Counted from the first letter of the stretch, positions 39,280 to 49,699 are shown. The stretch is DNA of 64,000 nucleotides from an uncultured archaeon (GCA_964486045.1 CAZALK010000012.1:32001-96000); one strand, 5' to 3'. Notes: generated by a model not told the origin, from the sequence alone. Made by a program: numbers and translations.

Positions 39280-39722
39280 AAAAACGCGTTCTGATTGCAG
39301 GTTGCTTTGATCTTCTTCATCCAGGGCATGTTTTTTTAATCAGTGAGGCTGCAAAATTAGGGGAAGTTTATGTTATTGTGGCTACTGACAAGAATAGGAA
39401 ATTATATTCTGGAACTTCTCCTATTATACCCCAAGAACAAAGATTGGAGATGATAAAAAGTCTAAAAAATGTAAAGGATGGTAGACTAGGAAGAAGTGAT
39501 AATGATACTCTTAAAACTGTGGAAGAAATATCTCCTGACATTATTCTTTTAGGACCTGACCAAGAATATAGTGTTGAGTTATTACAAAAAGGACTTCAAA
39601 AGAAAGAATTAGATCATATCGAAGTAAGAAGACTTGAAACCTATTATAAAAAATATAAGTTGCATAGCTCAAGTTTAATAAAAAGCAAAATTATTGAAAA
39701 GGGTAAAAATAAATTCAGGTAA
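39276..39722 (+). CDS. ribL: FAD synthase (cytidylyltransferase family)
   Basis: GCFDLLHPGH, PDIILLGPDQ, SSS.IK; directly upstream of ribK. Confidence 0.85.
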   Translation: MKKRVLIAGCFDLLHPGHVFLISEAAKLGEVYVIVATDKNRKLYSGTSPIIPQEQRLEMIKSLKNVKDGRLGRSDNDTLKTVEEISPDIILLGPDQEYSVELLQKGLQKKELDHIEVRRLETYYKKYKLHSSSLIKSKIIEKGKNKFR

Positions 39723-39731
39723 TTTGAAATC

Positions 39732-40442
39732 ATGAAATTTAATACAGAAGTTTCTCAGGAAAATTATGCTAATTGGTTTGCACTTTATCATCTTTGTCAG
39801 AATATAGGAAGCCAGAAAGCTATACATATCAGCAGCACAGAGTTTGGCAAGATTCTAGATTTATCCCAACAAACTGCATCTAGAAGAATAAATAGTTTAG
39901 AAGAAGTCGGCTGGATTCAGAGGAAAATAATCGGAAAAGAGCAAGTAATAAGAATTAAAAAAAAAGGAGCTGACGTAATCCTTGCAATGTATAAAAATTT
40001 AAAGCAAATCTTAGAAGAAATTCTAATCGTTGGGGAAGTTACTGAAGGAATGGGAGAAGGTGGATATTATGTTAGAATCCCAGGTTATTTGGCACAATTC
40101 CAGAAAAATCTTGGGTTTAAACCATATTATGGCACATTAAATATTCAGTTAACTGATCTCAATAAAGAATTATTAGAAGAAAACCAAAAAAATCGAATAC
40201 CCGTTAGAATTGAAGGATTTGAGGATGAGGAAGCAGGACGTACTTATGGAGCTGTAGATTGCTTTAATTGTCTGGTCTCTCGATTAGATAATCAAGATAT
40301 TAAGGTCAATTCTGCAATATTAAAAATTAAAAGAACTCATCATAAAAAGAATATTGTTGAGATCTTAGCAAAAGAATACTTAAGAGATGAGTTACAATTA
40401 AAAGATGGGGATCGATTGAGGATAGAATTTTCTAAGATTTAA
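39732..40442 (+). CDS. ribK: CTP-dependent riboflavin kinase with N-terminal HTH
   Basis: SQQTASRR HTH, GMGEGGYY, GFKPYYGTLN, RTYG, RTHH, LKDGD. Confidence 0.93.
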   Translation: MKFNTEVSQENYANWFALYHLCQNIGSQKAIHISSTEFGKILDLSQQTASRRINSLEEVGWIQRKIIGKEQVIRIKKKGADVILAMYKNLKQILEEILIVGEVTEGMGEGGYYVRIPGYLAQFQKNLGFKPYYGTLNIQLTDLNKELLEENQKNRIPVRIEGFEDEEAGRTYGAVDCFNCLVSRLDNQDIKVNSAILKIKRTHHKKNIVEILAKEYLRDELQLKDGDRLRIEFSKI

Positions 40443-40465
40443 TCAATATCGTCTCTTTAAGTTGT

Positions 40466-41089
40466 CTAATGGCCAATCCCTATTTTCTGAATTAAATGAT
40501 AAATTTTTATCACTCTAAAAATAAATGTACCTACTACAAGCCACATAAATAGGAATAGTAATTCATTTACAAAATTCCAATAAAAAGAAATAATCATTGT
40601 AATAACTAGATAAAATAATCTCTCCGACCGTGCCATCAGCCCAATATCAAAATCTCCTTTAAAAAAATTTTCTGCTCGTGCTCTTGTATAACTGATCATC
40701 ATTGAAGCTAAGAGTATGATGAATATTATCAATTTCATATCAATGATATTCCAGAGGAATTTGTTTTGGATATAAATGTACAAACCTATATATATAAATA
40801 ACTCTGAAATTCTGTCCATGACAGAATCAAAAAAACCTCCGAATTTTGTAGATTTCTTAGTCAATCGAGCAATTGCCCCATCACATCCATCCATTATTCC
40901 TGTAATAAACACTAAAATAGAAAATAATAAAAGATTTCCATAAACTCCAATTGAAATACAACTTAAAATCGAAAAACAGAGCATAATAACAGTGGCTAGA
41001 TTTGGTGAAACTCTAAGTTTAACCAAACCCTTTGCAACCATCTTTACAACTGGCTTAAAAATATATCTTACTCGATATTTTGATGACAT
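40466..41089 (-). CDS. CDP-alcohol phosphatidyltransferase (archaetidylinositol-phosphate synthase-like)
   Basis: SPN..T, DGCDGAIAR...GGFFDSVMDR, SYTRARAE, G...R.ER. Confidence 0.9.
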   Translation of the reverse strand: MSSKYRVRYIFKPVVKMVAKGLVKLRVSPNLATVIMLCFSILSCISIGVYGNLLLFSILVFITGIMDGCDGAIARLTKKSTKFGGFFDSVMDRISELFIYIGLYIYIQNKFLWNIIDMKLIIFIILLASMMISYTRARAENFFKGDFDIGLMARSERLFYLVITMIISFYWNFVNELLFLFMWLVVGTFIFRVIKIYHLIQKIGIGH

Positions 41090-41242
41090 TTTCTGTAATT
41101 AAAATGGTTATTTCTTACTCTTGAATGAGTTAAATTAAAATATCTTTCACTTTATAAAATAACATAGTTTTTTTATTTTAATTATTTTAAATATATAAAC
41201 AATTCACTTAAACAAGATATATAACAAAGAGATTGAAAATCG

Positions 41243-41548
41243 TTGAAGTTAAGATTAATTTTAAAAACAAAAACTAAGAAAAATAAAGACGTGTGCATTA
41301 AATTCCCAATTAGCCCAAGTAAGCATATTGGCTTTATTAACTTTATAAACTTAGCCTTGAAACAAGAATTATCAGTCGATCTATCTTTTGAAAAAATCTC
41401 AAAAGCAGGTGAACGTGAAGAAAGTAAAATTTTTGGACGATTTAAACTAGAAGGTAAAGAGAATTCCCAATTAAGTGGATTAGAAGAGGAAATTCAAGAA
41501 TCAGGGCGTAAAAGAAAAAAAATCCAGCAAAAACGGAAGCAAAAATAA
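41243..41548 (+). CDS. Small basic hypothetical protein
   Basis: 101-aa ORF with TTG start in an otherwise empty gap. Confidence 0.6.
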   Translation: MKLRLILKTKTKKNKDVCIKFPISPSKHIGFINFINLALKQELSVDLSFEKISKAGEREESKIFGRFKLEGKENSQLSGLEEEIQESGRKRKKIQQKRKQK

Positions 41549-41621
41549 AAAGGCTTTTTTCTAATACATCCTGGATTGTTAAACTTATAATTCTCATGTT
41601 TTTTATCGAGGTTCATTTAGA

Positions 41622-42566
41622 GTGAAACGGAAAGTTACAGTAAAGGTTCCAGGTCGGATCTGTCTCATGGGGGACAAGGTTGACTTATTGGGCAAGCCTG
41701 TTATTGGAATGGCTATTAACCTAATGATGACCGTTAGATATGAAGAAAGAGGTGATAACATGATTGAATTCTATAGTCATAACACAAATGAGAGAACTCA
41801 ATTTAAATTAAGTGAAAATCCTCCTCGAAATATTGATCTCTCCTACTGGAGTGTTCTTTATGAGAGATTAAAGGAGTATATTAAAAAAGGATTTTGTATG
41901 GAAGTAGATTCTGATATTCCAATTGGTGCAGGATTATCTACATCAGCAGCACTATCTATTGGCTTTATTAAGGCTATAAATCAAGCGTATAATTTGAGGT
42001 TTAATAACAAAGAAATCGCAGAATTGGCGTATTTAGGAGAGAATTATGATCTAAATATCCAATGTGGTCGTCTTGATCAGTATACCGAAGTATATGGTGG
42101 CATAGTATTCATCCAAACCGACGAAAATCCTAGTGTTGAATATTTGGATGTAGAAGAATTACCTGTAGTAGTTGGAGATTCCATGGAGGAAAGGAAAGCT
42201 TTCTCGATATTAAATAGAGTTAAAAAACAAATTAAAGAGAAAGACGTCATTACTTTAAATGCATTTGAAGTTATAGAAAATTGCGTTTATAAAGCTAGGG
42301 ATGCATTATTAAAAGGAGATTTTAAGCAATTAGGAAAATTAATGAATATTCAACAAGAACAAGAAAGAATTATCAAAACTGACACACAAAAAATTGTAGA
42401 ATTATGCAATGCTTCAATCAATGCTGGAGCTTTAGGAGCAAAACAAATGGGTGCCGGAGGAGGAGGTTGCATAGTTGCCATAGCACCTGGGAAGCAAAAA
42501 GAAGTTGCCTCTGCAATCAGTAAAGCAGGAGGAAAGGCTTGGATCTTTGACATTTATAGGTATTAA
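41622..42566 (+). CDS. GHMP-family kinase (mevalonate/galactokinase-like)
   Basis: PGRICLMG, PIGAGLSTSAA, G.LDQ, GAGGGGC. Confidence 0.9.
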   Translation: MKRKVTVKVPGRICLMGDKVDLLGKPVIGMAINLMMTVRYEERGDNMIEFYSHNTNERTQFKLSENPPRNIDLSYWSVLYERLKEYIKKGFCMEVDSDIPIGAGLSTSAALSIGFIKAINQAYNLRFNNKEIAELAYLGENYDLNIQCGRLDQYTEVYGGIVFIQTDENPSVEYLDVEELPVVVGDSMEERKAFSILNRVKKQIKEKDVITLNAFEVIENCVYKARDALLKGDFKQLGKLMNIQQEQERIIKTDTQKIVELCNASINAGALGAKQMGAGGGGCIVAIAPGKQKEVASAISKAGGKAWIFDIYRY

Positions 42567-42615
42567 CATTTATAACATTATTATTAATTCTTTGAGGAAA
42601 TATTCTAAGAAACCA

Positions 42616-44700
42616 TTAGATGATTTTACGATACTCAAATTCCCATGACTTCTTAACAAATAGAGAATCATTAATTGTATCATAAATTATTTCTCTTTCA
42701 CTCAAACCTCCCAGATCTTCAGCTTCTATCTTAATTTCTAATAGTTGTAATTCATTTTTTACCGTATCAATATTTTCTTGATAAGTCATGTCATAATCTA
42801 AAAATAACTTAGCTCCACCGATGATTAATGCCTTTATATCATCTCTATTCGCACCATTGTACAGTAAGTTATTAAATAAATCTTTGACAGACGTATCAAC
42901 AAAGGTGTGAGGAAAAATTAAGTGATATCCTTGCTTTGAAGCTGATGAACTCGGTAATGATATGTGAGAGATAGCAAAAACATTATTTTTGGGATCTCTT
43001 AAAATTAAACCAATACCAGAACCTAAACCTTTTATTCTAAATTTTGTTGCTGTATTGCTTTTATCGAAGGAATGTATTAAGCTATAATAACCCCTCTGGA
43101 TAGTTAATTCTTTTTTGTCTGAAGACTTTTCTACTCTATCGATTCTTTTTTCTTCATATAGGGAAAAATCTTCTTCCTCCTGGTTAGAACTCTCTAATTT
43201 CTTCGAGCTATTTTTTATACGAAGCTCTTGTTGAAGCTTTTTCTTAGAATACTGCTCCATTTTCGATAAACGTTTTTCTAATTGTTCTTCCCTCTGATTT
43301 AGATTTCTCTCTCTTTGCTCAATTTGCCTTGTGATGCGTTCTAATACTAACAAACGATTCGTGACTTCTTGTTCTTTCTCTTTTGTCTGAAAAATGAGAT
43401 TCTTTACGGCTATTTTTTCACTTTCCAAAATTTTACATTGTTCTTCTAAATATTTTAACTTCTCATCGATCCCATTTTCTCTTTGATTTAAAAGTATTTC
43501 TCGTTGAATTAATTTGTTCTTTTGTTTTTTAACTGGATCTCCTTCAACTTCTAAATGATGAATAAGATTGACTTTAGGTGTTTTATCCTTAATTCCGTTA
43601 TTAACTACTATTCCGGTGATCCTAACTTCTGCAGGTTCAATATGTGGTTTTATTTCTAAGTCTTCTAATTTCTTCCTATTTTTTAGTTCTTCATTATCTA
43701 ATATGATTTCGGTCGGTTTAATGGATTTAAATGTACTTTTAGGCTTCTTCCTTACTTTCCGTACAGTGCGATTTTTGGAAATTGTATCTTTTTTAGTTGT
43801 TCCCTTTATTTTCTGTTTTTTAAATAATGAAATTATTAAATTTTTATAAGATTCTGTCGTATCAGATAAGTTTTTAATATAAAAATGATCTCTAATACTG
43901 ACAGATTTAAAACTAAAATTTTTCTTTGGTATATTCTCAGAACCTCCTAAAACTAATAAGCCCCCATCATGCATTCGCTTATTTATATTTCTAAGTAAGT
44001 TTTCACGAGCAAAGCTATTAATATAAATAAAGAAATTCCTACAAAAAATTGAGTCATATACGTTATTTTTTTTATGCCCTTTAATAATATCTTCTTGAAT
44101 TAGTTCAACTTTGCTCATAACATCTTTGCTAAGCGTGTATTTTGGACCAAATTCAGTAATCTCCTTTGAAAAATAAGTGTTTAAATAATGCTCTGGCATT
44201 TCATGTACTGCATATTCCCCATAAAATCCATCTTCCGCAATTTTAAGAGCATTTACATCAATATCAGATGCGTATATTTTAAAATCAGGAAAATTCTTAC
44301 TATTTTTTACCAAATTGTCTAATATCATCGCGAGGGTATAGGGTTCATCGCCTGTAGCGCACGGACAAGACCAAATCTTAAGAAATTTCGTTTTATTTTC
44401 TTTTACATAAAATTTAATAAACTTCTCAAAATTCTGAAACACATTTAGATTTCTGAAAAAATAAGTATAATTAATTGTAAATTTATCTAAGAATAAATCA
44501 CCCTCTATTGGGTTTTTATAAATGTAATCAATGTAATCTTGATAGCATTCAAGGTGAAGATAATTCATACGAAAACTAATTCGCTTCTCGATGAATTGCC
44601 TCTGATATTGATCAAATTTCAGCCCCGTGGCTTCTTTTAGTTTCTCAATCAGAGCGTCAATAGAAGTCGACTTGAATGCTGATGGGTTAGTTAGAGAAAT
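42616..44700 (-). CDS. CheR methyltransferase - coiled coil - CheD-like fusion; probable non-canonical ATT start at 44700
   Basis: CheR motifs TINYTYFFR, IWSCPCATGDEPYTLAM, ASDID, IFCRN; CheD motifs GLGSG, H.SLP, FVDT, GGAKLF, AEDLGG. The frame stays open and CheR-like for 44 codons upstream of ATG 44568. Confidence 0.88.
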   Translation of the reverse strand: MSLTNPSAFKSTSIDALIEKLKEATGLKFDQYQRQFIEKRISFRMNYLHLECYQDYIDYIYKNPIEGDLFLDKFTINYTYFFRNLNVFQNFEKFIKFYVKENKTKFLKIWSCPCATGDEPYTLAMILDNLVKNSKNFPDFKIYASDIDVNALKIAEDGFYGEYAVHEMPEHYLNTYFSKEITEFGPKYTLSKDVMSKVELIQEDIIKGHKKNNVYDSIFCRNFFIYINSFARENLLRNINKRMHDGGLLVLGGSENIPKKNFSFKSVSIRDHFYIKNLSDTTESYKNLIISLFKKQKIKGTTKKDTISKNRTVRKVRKKPKSTFKSIKPTEIILDNEELKNRKKLEDLEIKPHIEPAEVRITGIVVNNGIKDKTPKVNLIHHLEVEGDPVKKQKNKLIQREILLNQRENGIDEKLKYLEEQCKILESEKIAVKNLIFQTKEKEQEVTNRLLVLERITRQIEQRERNLNQREEQLEKRLSKMEQYSKKKLQQELRIKNSSKKLESSNQEEEDFSLYEEKRIDRVEKSSDKKELTIQRGYYSLIHSFDKSNTATKFRIKGLGSGIGLILRDPKNNVFAISHISLPSSSASKQGYHLIFPHTFVDTSVKDLFNNLLYNGANRDDIKALIIGGAKLFLDYDMTYQENIDTVKNELQLLEIKIEAEDLGGLSEREIIYDTINDSLFVKKSWEFEYRKII

Positions 44701-44843
44701 TTTTTTACACCAAAACTCTTATGATTGTAATTTTTTACTCTAGGATAATAAGATTTTAATTATTTTTAATTTTTTGTAATAAAAAAATGTGTTATCAGAT
44801 GTTACGTAATAAAAAAACTAAGATTTGTGGTAAAAATTAGAAG

Positions 44844-45587
44844 TTAATTAAAAGAGATAAATCCCATTTTTACAAGATTTTTGCATATATTATAGACTTT
44901 CCTTTGCTCTATATTTAATTTTTTTGTAAGAATATCGATGGTCCTCTTTCCATCAATATTTTCAAATATCCTAATTGAAGTATCTCCTGTTAAGTAATTT
45001 TTTGCATTAATAGAACTAGATCCTACGAAGCTTGGTATAATATTATAATATTCTGGATTTGGTTTATTTTCTTCTGTGCTTTCTCTTATTTTTACTCTAT
45101 TGTCTGTTTCAAAACTCGTTAGCCAATCAAATGCTTTTTCGTCATCATGATTCTGGTTTTTTATCTCTTCTTCATTGATTTGTTGTTCGATTATACTTTC
45201 AAATGATTTAAAGTTATCTAATTTCCCATTCCAAGTTGCAATTTGATTTAAATTAAAAGTTCCTAAAAAGAGTGCTGAAATTTGTTTTAAAAATCTCTGG
45301 ACACTCTTCAGATCTGAATCTTTATCAAATGTGGCAAGGAAAATTAAATCAGAAATGTTTGAATCTTTTAAAAAAGACAATTTTAAATTATTATTTGAAA
45401 GTTTTAACTCACTAATCGTTCCTAAATCTTCAAATGAATCCGAAAACGAATTTAAAGCTGAAAAAAAACCAGAAATCATTATTAAGTTATCTAATTCTGA
45501 GAACATACTTTTGACTTTAGAAGAATTAGAAAAGCTCTTAGATAATAAAGGTAATCCGTCTTTTATAATCAAAACATCGCAAATCAT
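44844..45587 (-). CDS. Longin-like domain fused to C-terminal winged helix
   Basis: IIKDGLPLL...ISGFFSALNSFS...ISELKL; C-terminal IDGKRTI..L...L......VYNICKNLVKMGFI. Confidence 0.65.
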   Translation of the reverse strand: MICDVLIIKDGLPLLSKSFSNSSKVKSMFSELDNLIMISGFFSALNSFSDSFEDLGTISELKLSNNNLKLSFLKDSNISDLIFLATFDKDSDLKSVQRFLKQISALFLGTFNLNQIATWNGKLDNFKSFESIIEQQINEEEIKNQNHDDEKAFDWLTSFETDNRVKIRESTEENKPNPEYYNIIPSFVGSSSINAKNYLTGDTSIRIFENIDGKRTIDILTKKLNIEQRKVYNICKNLVKMGFISFN

Positions 45588-45795
45588 TAATCTCAGCCAA
45601 ATCGGTTGGGTCTAATCAGTCCAGTTGAAACTGCTCTACAATATTAATATAATCTAATTAAATTGAAAAAAAAAGAATTATAATACTTCAGTGATACTCA
45701 AATAATATAATTGTTACCACGGATAGAAAAAGTTCTCAAAAAATCGATTAAAGTTCCTAGTGAAGAAGCTTTGGTAAGAATAACAAATAAAGGAG

Positions 45796-46542
45796 TTGTA
45801 TGTTGTGAAAGCAATTATTCTATGCGCGGGTTTTGGAAAACGTTTAAAGCCTTATACTGATGAATACCAAAAAACAATGATTCCTGTTCATGGTAAGCCA
45901 CTAATGGAATACATTGTAAATGGTTTAATCATAGCAGGTTTTAAAAAATTAATTATTGTCGTGGGTTACTTAAAGGAGCAAATTATTGATTACTTTCAAA
46001 GTGGAAATAAATGGGGAATTAATATTGAATATGTTGAGCAAATAGAAACGAATGGTACCGGAGGAGCTTTACTATTATGTAAGGATTTGATAAAGGACAG
46101 TCATTTTTTTTTAACTTGGGGAGATATTCTAGTTCCATATAATGTTTATAAAGAAGTTATTGAGATATTCAAAAAAGAAAATCAAGATTACGTATTGGTA
46201 ACAAATTATACAGATGATCCTTATAAAGGTGGAGCAGTTGATTGTAAAGGAAAATATTGTATCGAGGTAAAAGAAAAACCAACTAAAGGTAAATCAAGTT
46301 CTAATCTTAATAATTGTGGAATTTTCATTTTTTCAAAAAAAGTATTTGATGTGTTAATACAGTTAAAACCATCAGTAAGAGGGGAAATTGAAATAACAGA
46401 AGCAATTAATTATGGTATCCTTAAGCAAAACTGGAAGGTCCGTGTTATTAAAATGGATAGAGATCAATTTCGGGGAGATTTCGGGGATAAAAACGTATAT
46501 GAGCTATTGAATAAAGATTCCAATTGGTTAAAAAAGCTATAA
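45796..46542 (+). CDS. Sugar-phosphate nucleotidyltransferase
   Basis: LCAGFGKRLKPYT, EQ...GTGGA, WGD, EKP, RGE.EITEA. Confidence 0.9.
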   Translation: MYVVKAIILCAGFGKRLKPYTDEYQKTMIPVHGKPLMEYIVNGLIIAGFKKLIIVVGYLKEQIIDYFQSGNKWGINIEYVEQIETNGTGGALLLCKDLIKDSHFFLTWGDILVPYNVYKEVIEIFKKENQDYVLVTNYTDDPYKGGAVDCKGKYCIEVKEKPTKGKSSSNLNNCGIFIFSKKVFDVLIQLKPSVRGEIEITEAINYGILKQNWKVRVIKMDRDQFRGDFGDKNVYELLNKDSNWLKKL

Positions 46543-46761
46543 CGTTCTATTTCATAGTTGTTAATAATTAAACTTTAATTTATTATATCAATAAGATTTT
46601 TTTTTTCTAACTTATTTTTATTTCTTTTAAAAATTTTTTTTACATATCCATTACTTAGTTATTTTAAGCTAAAGGTTGATAATTTTAGGTGATAAACCAT
46701 TACAACACACGAGAACCGGAATAAAGATTTTATTTCAGAATCTGAAATTAAGGAAAAAAAT

Positions 46762-48201
46762 GTGCCTTTTGAAAGAAAAAACATCCCTTTTGATTATTTA
46801 TTTGAGCCTCGAGCTATAATAGTAGTTGGTGTAAGTACAAAAAGGGGTTGGGGAGGAAGTCATTATTTGGAACTTCTTAAAGAATATGAATATTCTGGGG
46901 CAGTTTATCCAGTAAATCCAAAGTATGAGGGCGAAGAAATTCAGGGGTACAAAGTTTCCGGGTCTATTTCTTCTTTACCAGTTGATCCACCGATTGATCT
47001 TGGAATTATAGCAGTTCCTGCAAGAGCAACTCCCCAAATAGTCGAGGATTTAGGACAAAAAGGAGTTTTATTTGCTCATATTTTTTCGAGTGGTTTTTCA
47101 GAACTTGGTGATGAAGGAAAAAAGCTTGAACAAGAACTTATAGAAAGAGCAAAAAAGGGCCACATTAGGATTCTCGGACCAAACTGTATGGGTATTTATA
47201 GTCCAAAAGGGAGGATCGCCTTTACACATAGGCTTCCACTGACGGCAGGACCCGTGGCATTTATAAGTCAATCAGGGGGACTAGCAAGTAGACATTCCCA
47301 TATTGGAATGATTAATGGATATAGATTTTCAAAAATAGTCTCCGTTGGTAATCAAATTGACATTGATTTATACGATTTATTAAATTACTTTAGAACTGAT
47401 CCAGAAACTAAAATTATCTCAATGTATATAGAAAATTTAAAAAGAAGTGGAAATGCTTTCGTTCAACTTTTAAAAAAAACCACTAAAGAAAAACCAGTTA
47501 TTATATGGAAAGGTGGCAAATTAAAAGCAGGTCATGGTGCAGTAATGAGCCATACTGGTGGCTTAGCAGGTAGTATAAAACTATGGAGGGCAATGGCAAA
47601 ACAAACTGGGGCTATTCTTGTAAATACTTTCGAGGAATTAACTGAGATGATTCAAGCTTGCTTACACTTTAAGATCCCTAAAACTCTTGGTACTGCTATT
47701 CTAACCGGAGGTGGTGGTCCCGCGGTGGAAATGACCGATGAATGTGAAGCTTATGGACTTGAAGTACCGAAAATAACCATAAAAGCCCAAAGGTTGATAA
47801 GTGAGTTTATTCCAGAAGTAAATTCAAATTTATCTAACCCATTAGAATTTGGGGCAAATGGTGGACATCAAAATTCAATTAAAGTTATAAAAATTCTTGA
47901 TAATGAACCTCAAATCTCTTCAATAATGACCACAAACAATCCTGAAAGGTATACCGCTCGAGGATTAAGTATAGATGAGGTTGTAAATAGTCTTGCTGAT
48001 GCATTATCACCAAATTCAGATAAAAACCTCATTAGTATACATACGTCATTTGGGCAACGAAAAGAAACTATTGATGCAGTAAATGAGTTTTATTCAAAAG
48101 CTAAAAAAAAAGGAATAATGATCTATAAATCTGTTGGTGCCGCAGCGAAATGCATCTATCGTTTATGGACTTATGGAAAATTTTTAAATAACAAAAATTA
48201 A
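46762..48201 (+). CDS. Acyl-CoA synthetase (NDP-forming), alpha-subunit-like
   Basis: YPVNP, SGFSE, GPNCMG, SQSGG, SHTG (phospho-His), NPLE. Confidence 0.9.
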   Translation: MPFERKNIPFDYLFEPRAIIVVGVSTKRGWGGSHYLELLKEYEYSGAVYPVNPKYEGEEIQGYKVSGSISSLPVDPPIDLGIIAVPARATPQIVEDLGQKGVLFAHIFSSGFSELGDEGKKLEQELIERAKKGHIRILGPNCMGIYSPKGRIAFTHRLPLTAGPVAFISQSGGLASRHSHIGMINGYRFSKIVSVGNQIDIDLYDLLNYFRTDPETKIISMYIENLKRSGNAFVQLLKKTTKEKPVIIWKGGKLKAGHGAVMSHTGGLAGSIKLWRAMAKQTGAILVNTFEELTEMIQACLHFKIPKTLGTAILTGGGGPAVEMTDECEAYGLEVPKITIKAQRLISEFIPEVNSNLSNPLEFGANGGHQNSIKVIKILDNEPQISSIMTTNNPERYTARGLSIDEVVNSLADALSPNSDKNLISIHTSFGQRKETIDAVNEFYSKAKKKGIMIYKSVGAAAKCIYRLWTYGKFLNNKN

Positions 48202-48512
48202 CTTTAAGCTAAAAGTTGCGTATCCTTTTATTTGTCGAATTTTTACAGATTTTAACTCATCTTTTTGTTAGTGCAATATTCTATTTCTAATGGTATTTTT
48301 CCATAACCTTTTTATATTATTGAAAAATTCCACATCGCTACCTAGGAATTAATATATTCTCAAAATTGTATAAATCAAACGTATTATTTTTTAATATGTT
48401 CTCCCCAGTATTATACAAATGTTCCTCATTCCCACTAAATTACGAGAGGCTCTTTTTATAAATACTTACTTAATTTCAATTAGATCAAATTTAAATTTCT
48501 CCGAGATGAGGC

Positions 48513-48887
48513 ATAATTTCAAAGGGATTTATTGATAAAGAACTCACTGAAATAGGGATAGAGAAGTATACCCCGAAATCAAGACTCCTCAACGATGACG
48601 CTCAGGCCAAAAATATAAATATAAAATTAGAAACAGTCTCTAATAAAATTAAACAGTTAGATTCGAATGATTTCCCTATCGAAAGTGATAATTTTCCATT
48701 CATATCTTTTAAACTAAATCCTAATGAAGCAGAAGAAGAATATCTTTCAATATCAAATGATATCCATTCAATTTTATCAAATTTTCCTGATCTTACTAAT
48801 AATCAGAAGTTAGATTATTGTAATAACCAAAGATATTTCATGAAGTTGTATCTGAAGGAAATCCTAATAAAAATCAATAAAAACTAA
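48513..48887 (+). pseudogene. 5'-truncated reading frame of 124 sense codons with no canonical start for the full frame
   Basis: Open frame IISKGFIDKELTEIGIEKY...LIKINKN*; upstream codons are blocked by TGA at 48507 and by an apparent frameshift. Confidence 0.5.
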
Positions 48888-48985
48888 TGGTGTAGAAGGA
48901 ATTTCTTTTGAAGTTTCTTTTAAAACGCAATTCAATTGAGATTTTTAAAAATAAGAGAAGAAAAAATAAATAAATTAATTATTAT

Positions 48986-49699
48986 TTATGTTTTAAGACC
49001 TAACCACATCCATAAACTGAATGTTGCCATCAATACTCTCACAAAACCAATAGCTAAAGGTATAGTAAGTATTGAATCTAGTGCACCGCAGACTACAAAA
49101 AGTATAAACCCTATCGATAAATATGTAAACTTTCTCCTCAATTGTCCTGTGGATTGTTTCGCTTTTATTGCAAATCCAATCCCTAAGAAAAATAATGCGG
49201 CAATTAAGAATATTCCAACCATTATAAATGTCGGATGAAGACGAACAAAACTTGCATCAATTAAATCTTCACCGGGCAAAAATCCAGGGTCTGTATCCAC
49301 GTTCCAAGTAAATGAATCGGTTGTTTGAAACCATAAAAAGTATTCAAATATTACACCCAATACTACAAAAATCCCCACTAAAATCCATTTTCTTTTTGGA
49401 AAAATAAGTTCACCACCAAGATAAATCGCAAAGATTAAAGCGGGAGCAACCCACAGATAGCTTAATAAGGAATATACTGGGTGAGGAGTAATATTTGCAC
49501 CCGTCAATAAAACCGTAAACAAATCAACTGTTGGACCAAGCCATAAAAAGCCAACGAAAATCATTGCGATGCCTGCAACAGAAAGAAGCTTTGCTTTCAA
49601 TTTTATTGATTTATATAATGATATTAACCCAAAACTTACTGAAGAAAGAATAATAAGAGTTGCGGTTAACCCATCTATCCAGCCAGTAATAGAGACCAT
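48986..49699 (-). CDS. 7-TM membrane protein (HisKA_7TM-like, stand-alone)
   Basis: Seven hydrophobic segments; GGTG upstream of the ATG. Confidence 0.75.
   Translation of the reverse strand: MVSITGWIDGLTATLIILSSVSFGLISLYKSIKLKAKLLSVAGIAMIFVGFLWLGPTVDLFTVLLTGANITPHPVYSLLSYLWVAPALIFAIYLGGELIFPKRKWILVGIFVVLGVIFEYFLWFQTTDSFTWNVDTDPGFLPGEDLIDASFVRLHPTFIMVGIFLIAALFFLGIGFAIKAKQSTGQLRRKFTYLSIGFILFVVCGALDSILTIPLAIGFVRVLMATFSLWMWLGLKT

Noticed and set aside
48507-48509. In-frame TGA as a selenocysteine codon
   Set aside because: Another stop (TAA) lies a few codons upstream in the same frame, there is no start codon, no selenoprotein-like motif, and no SECIS that I could identify.
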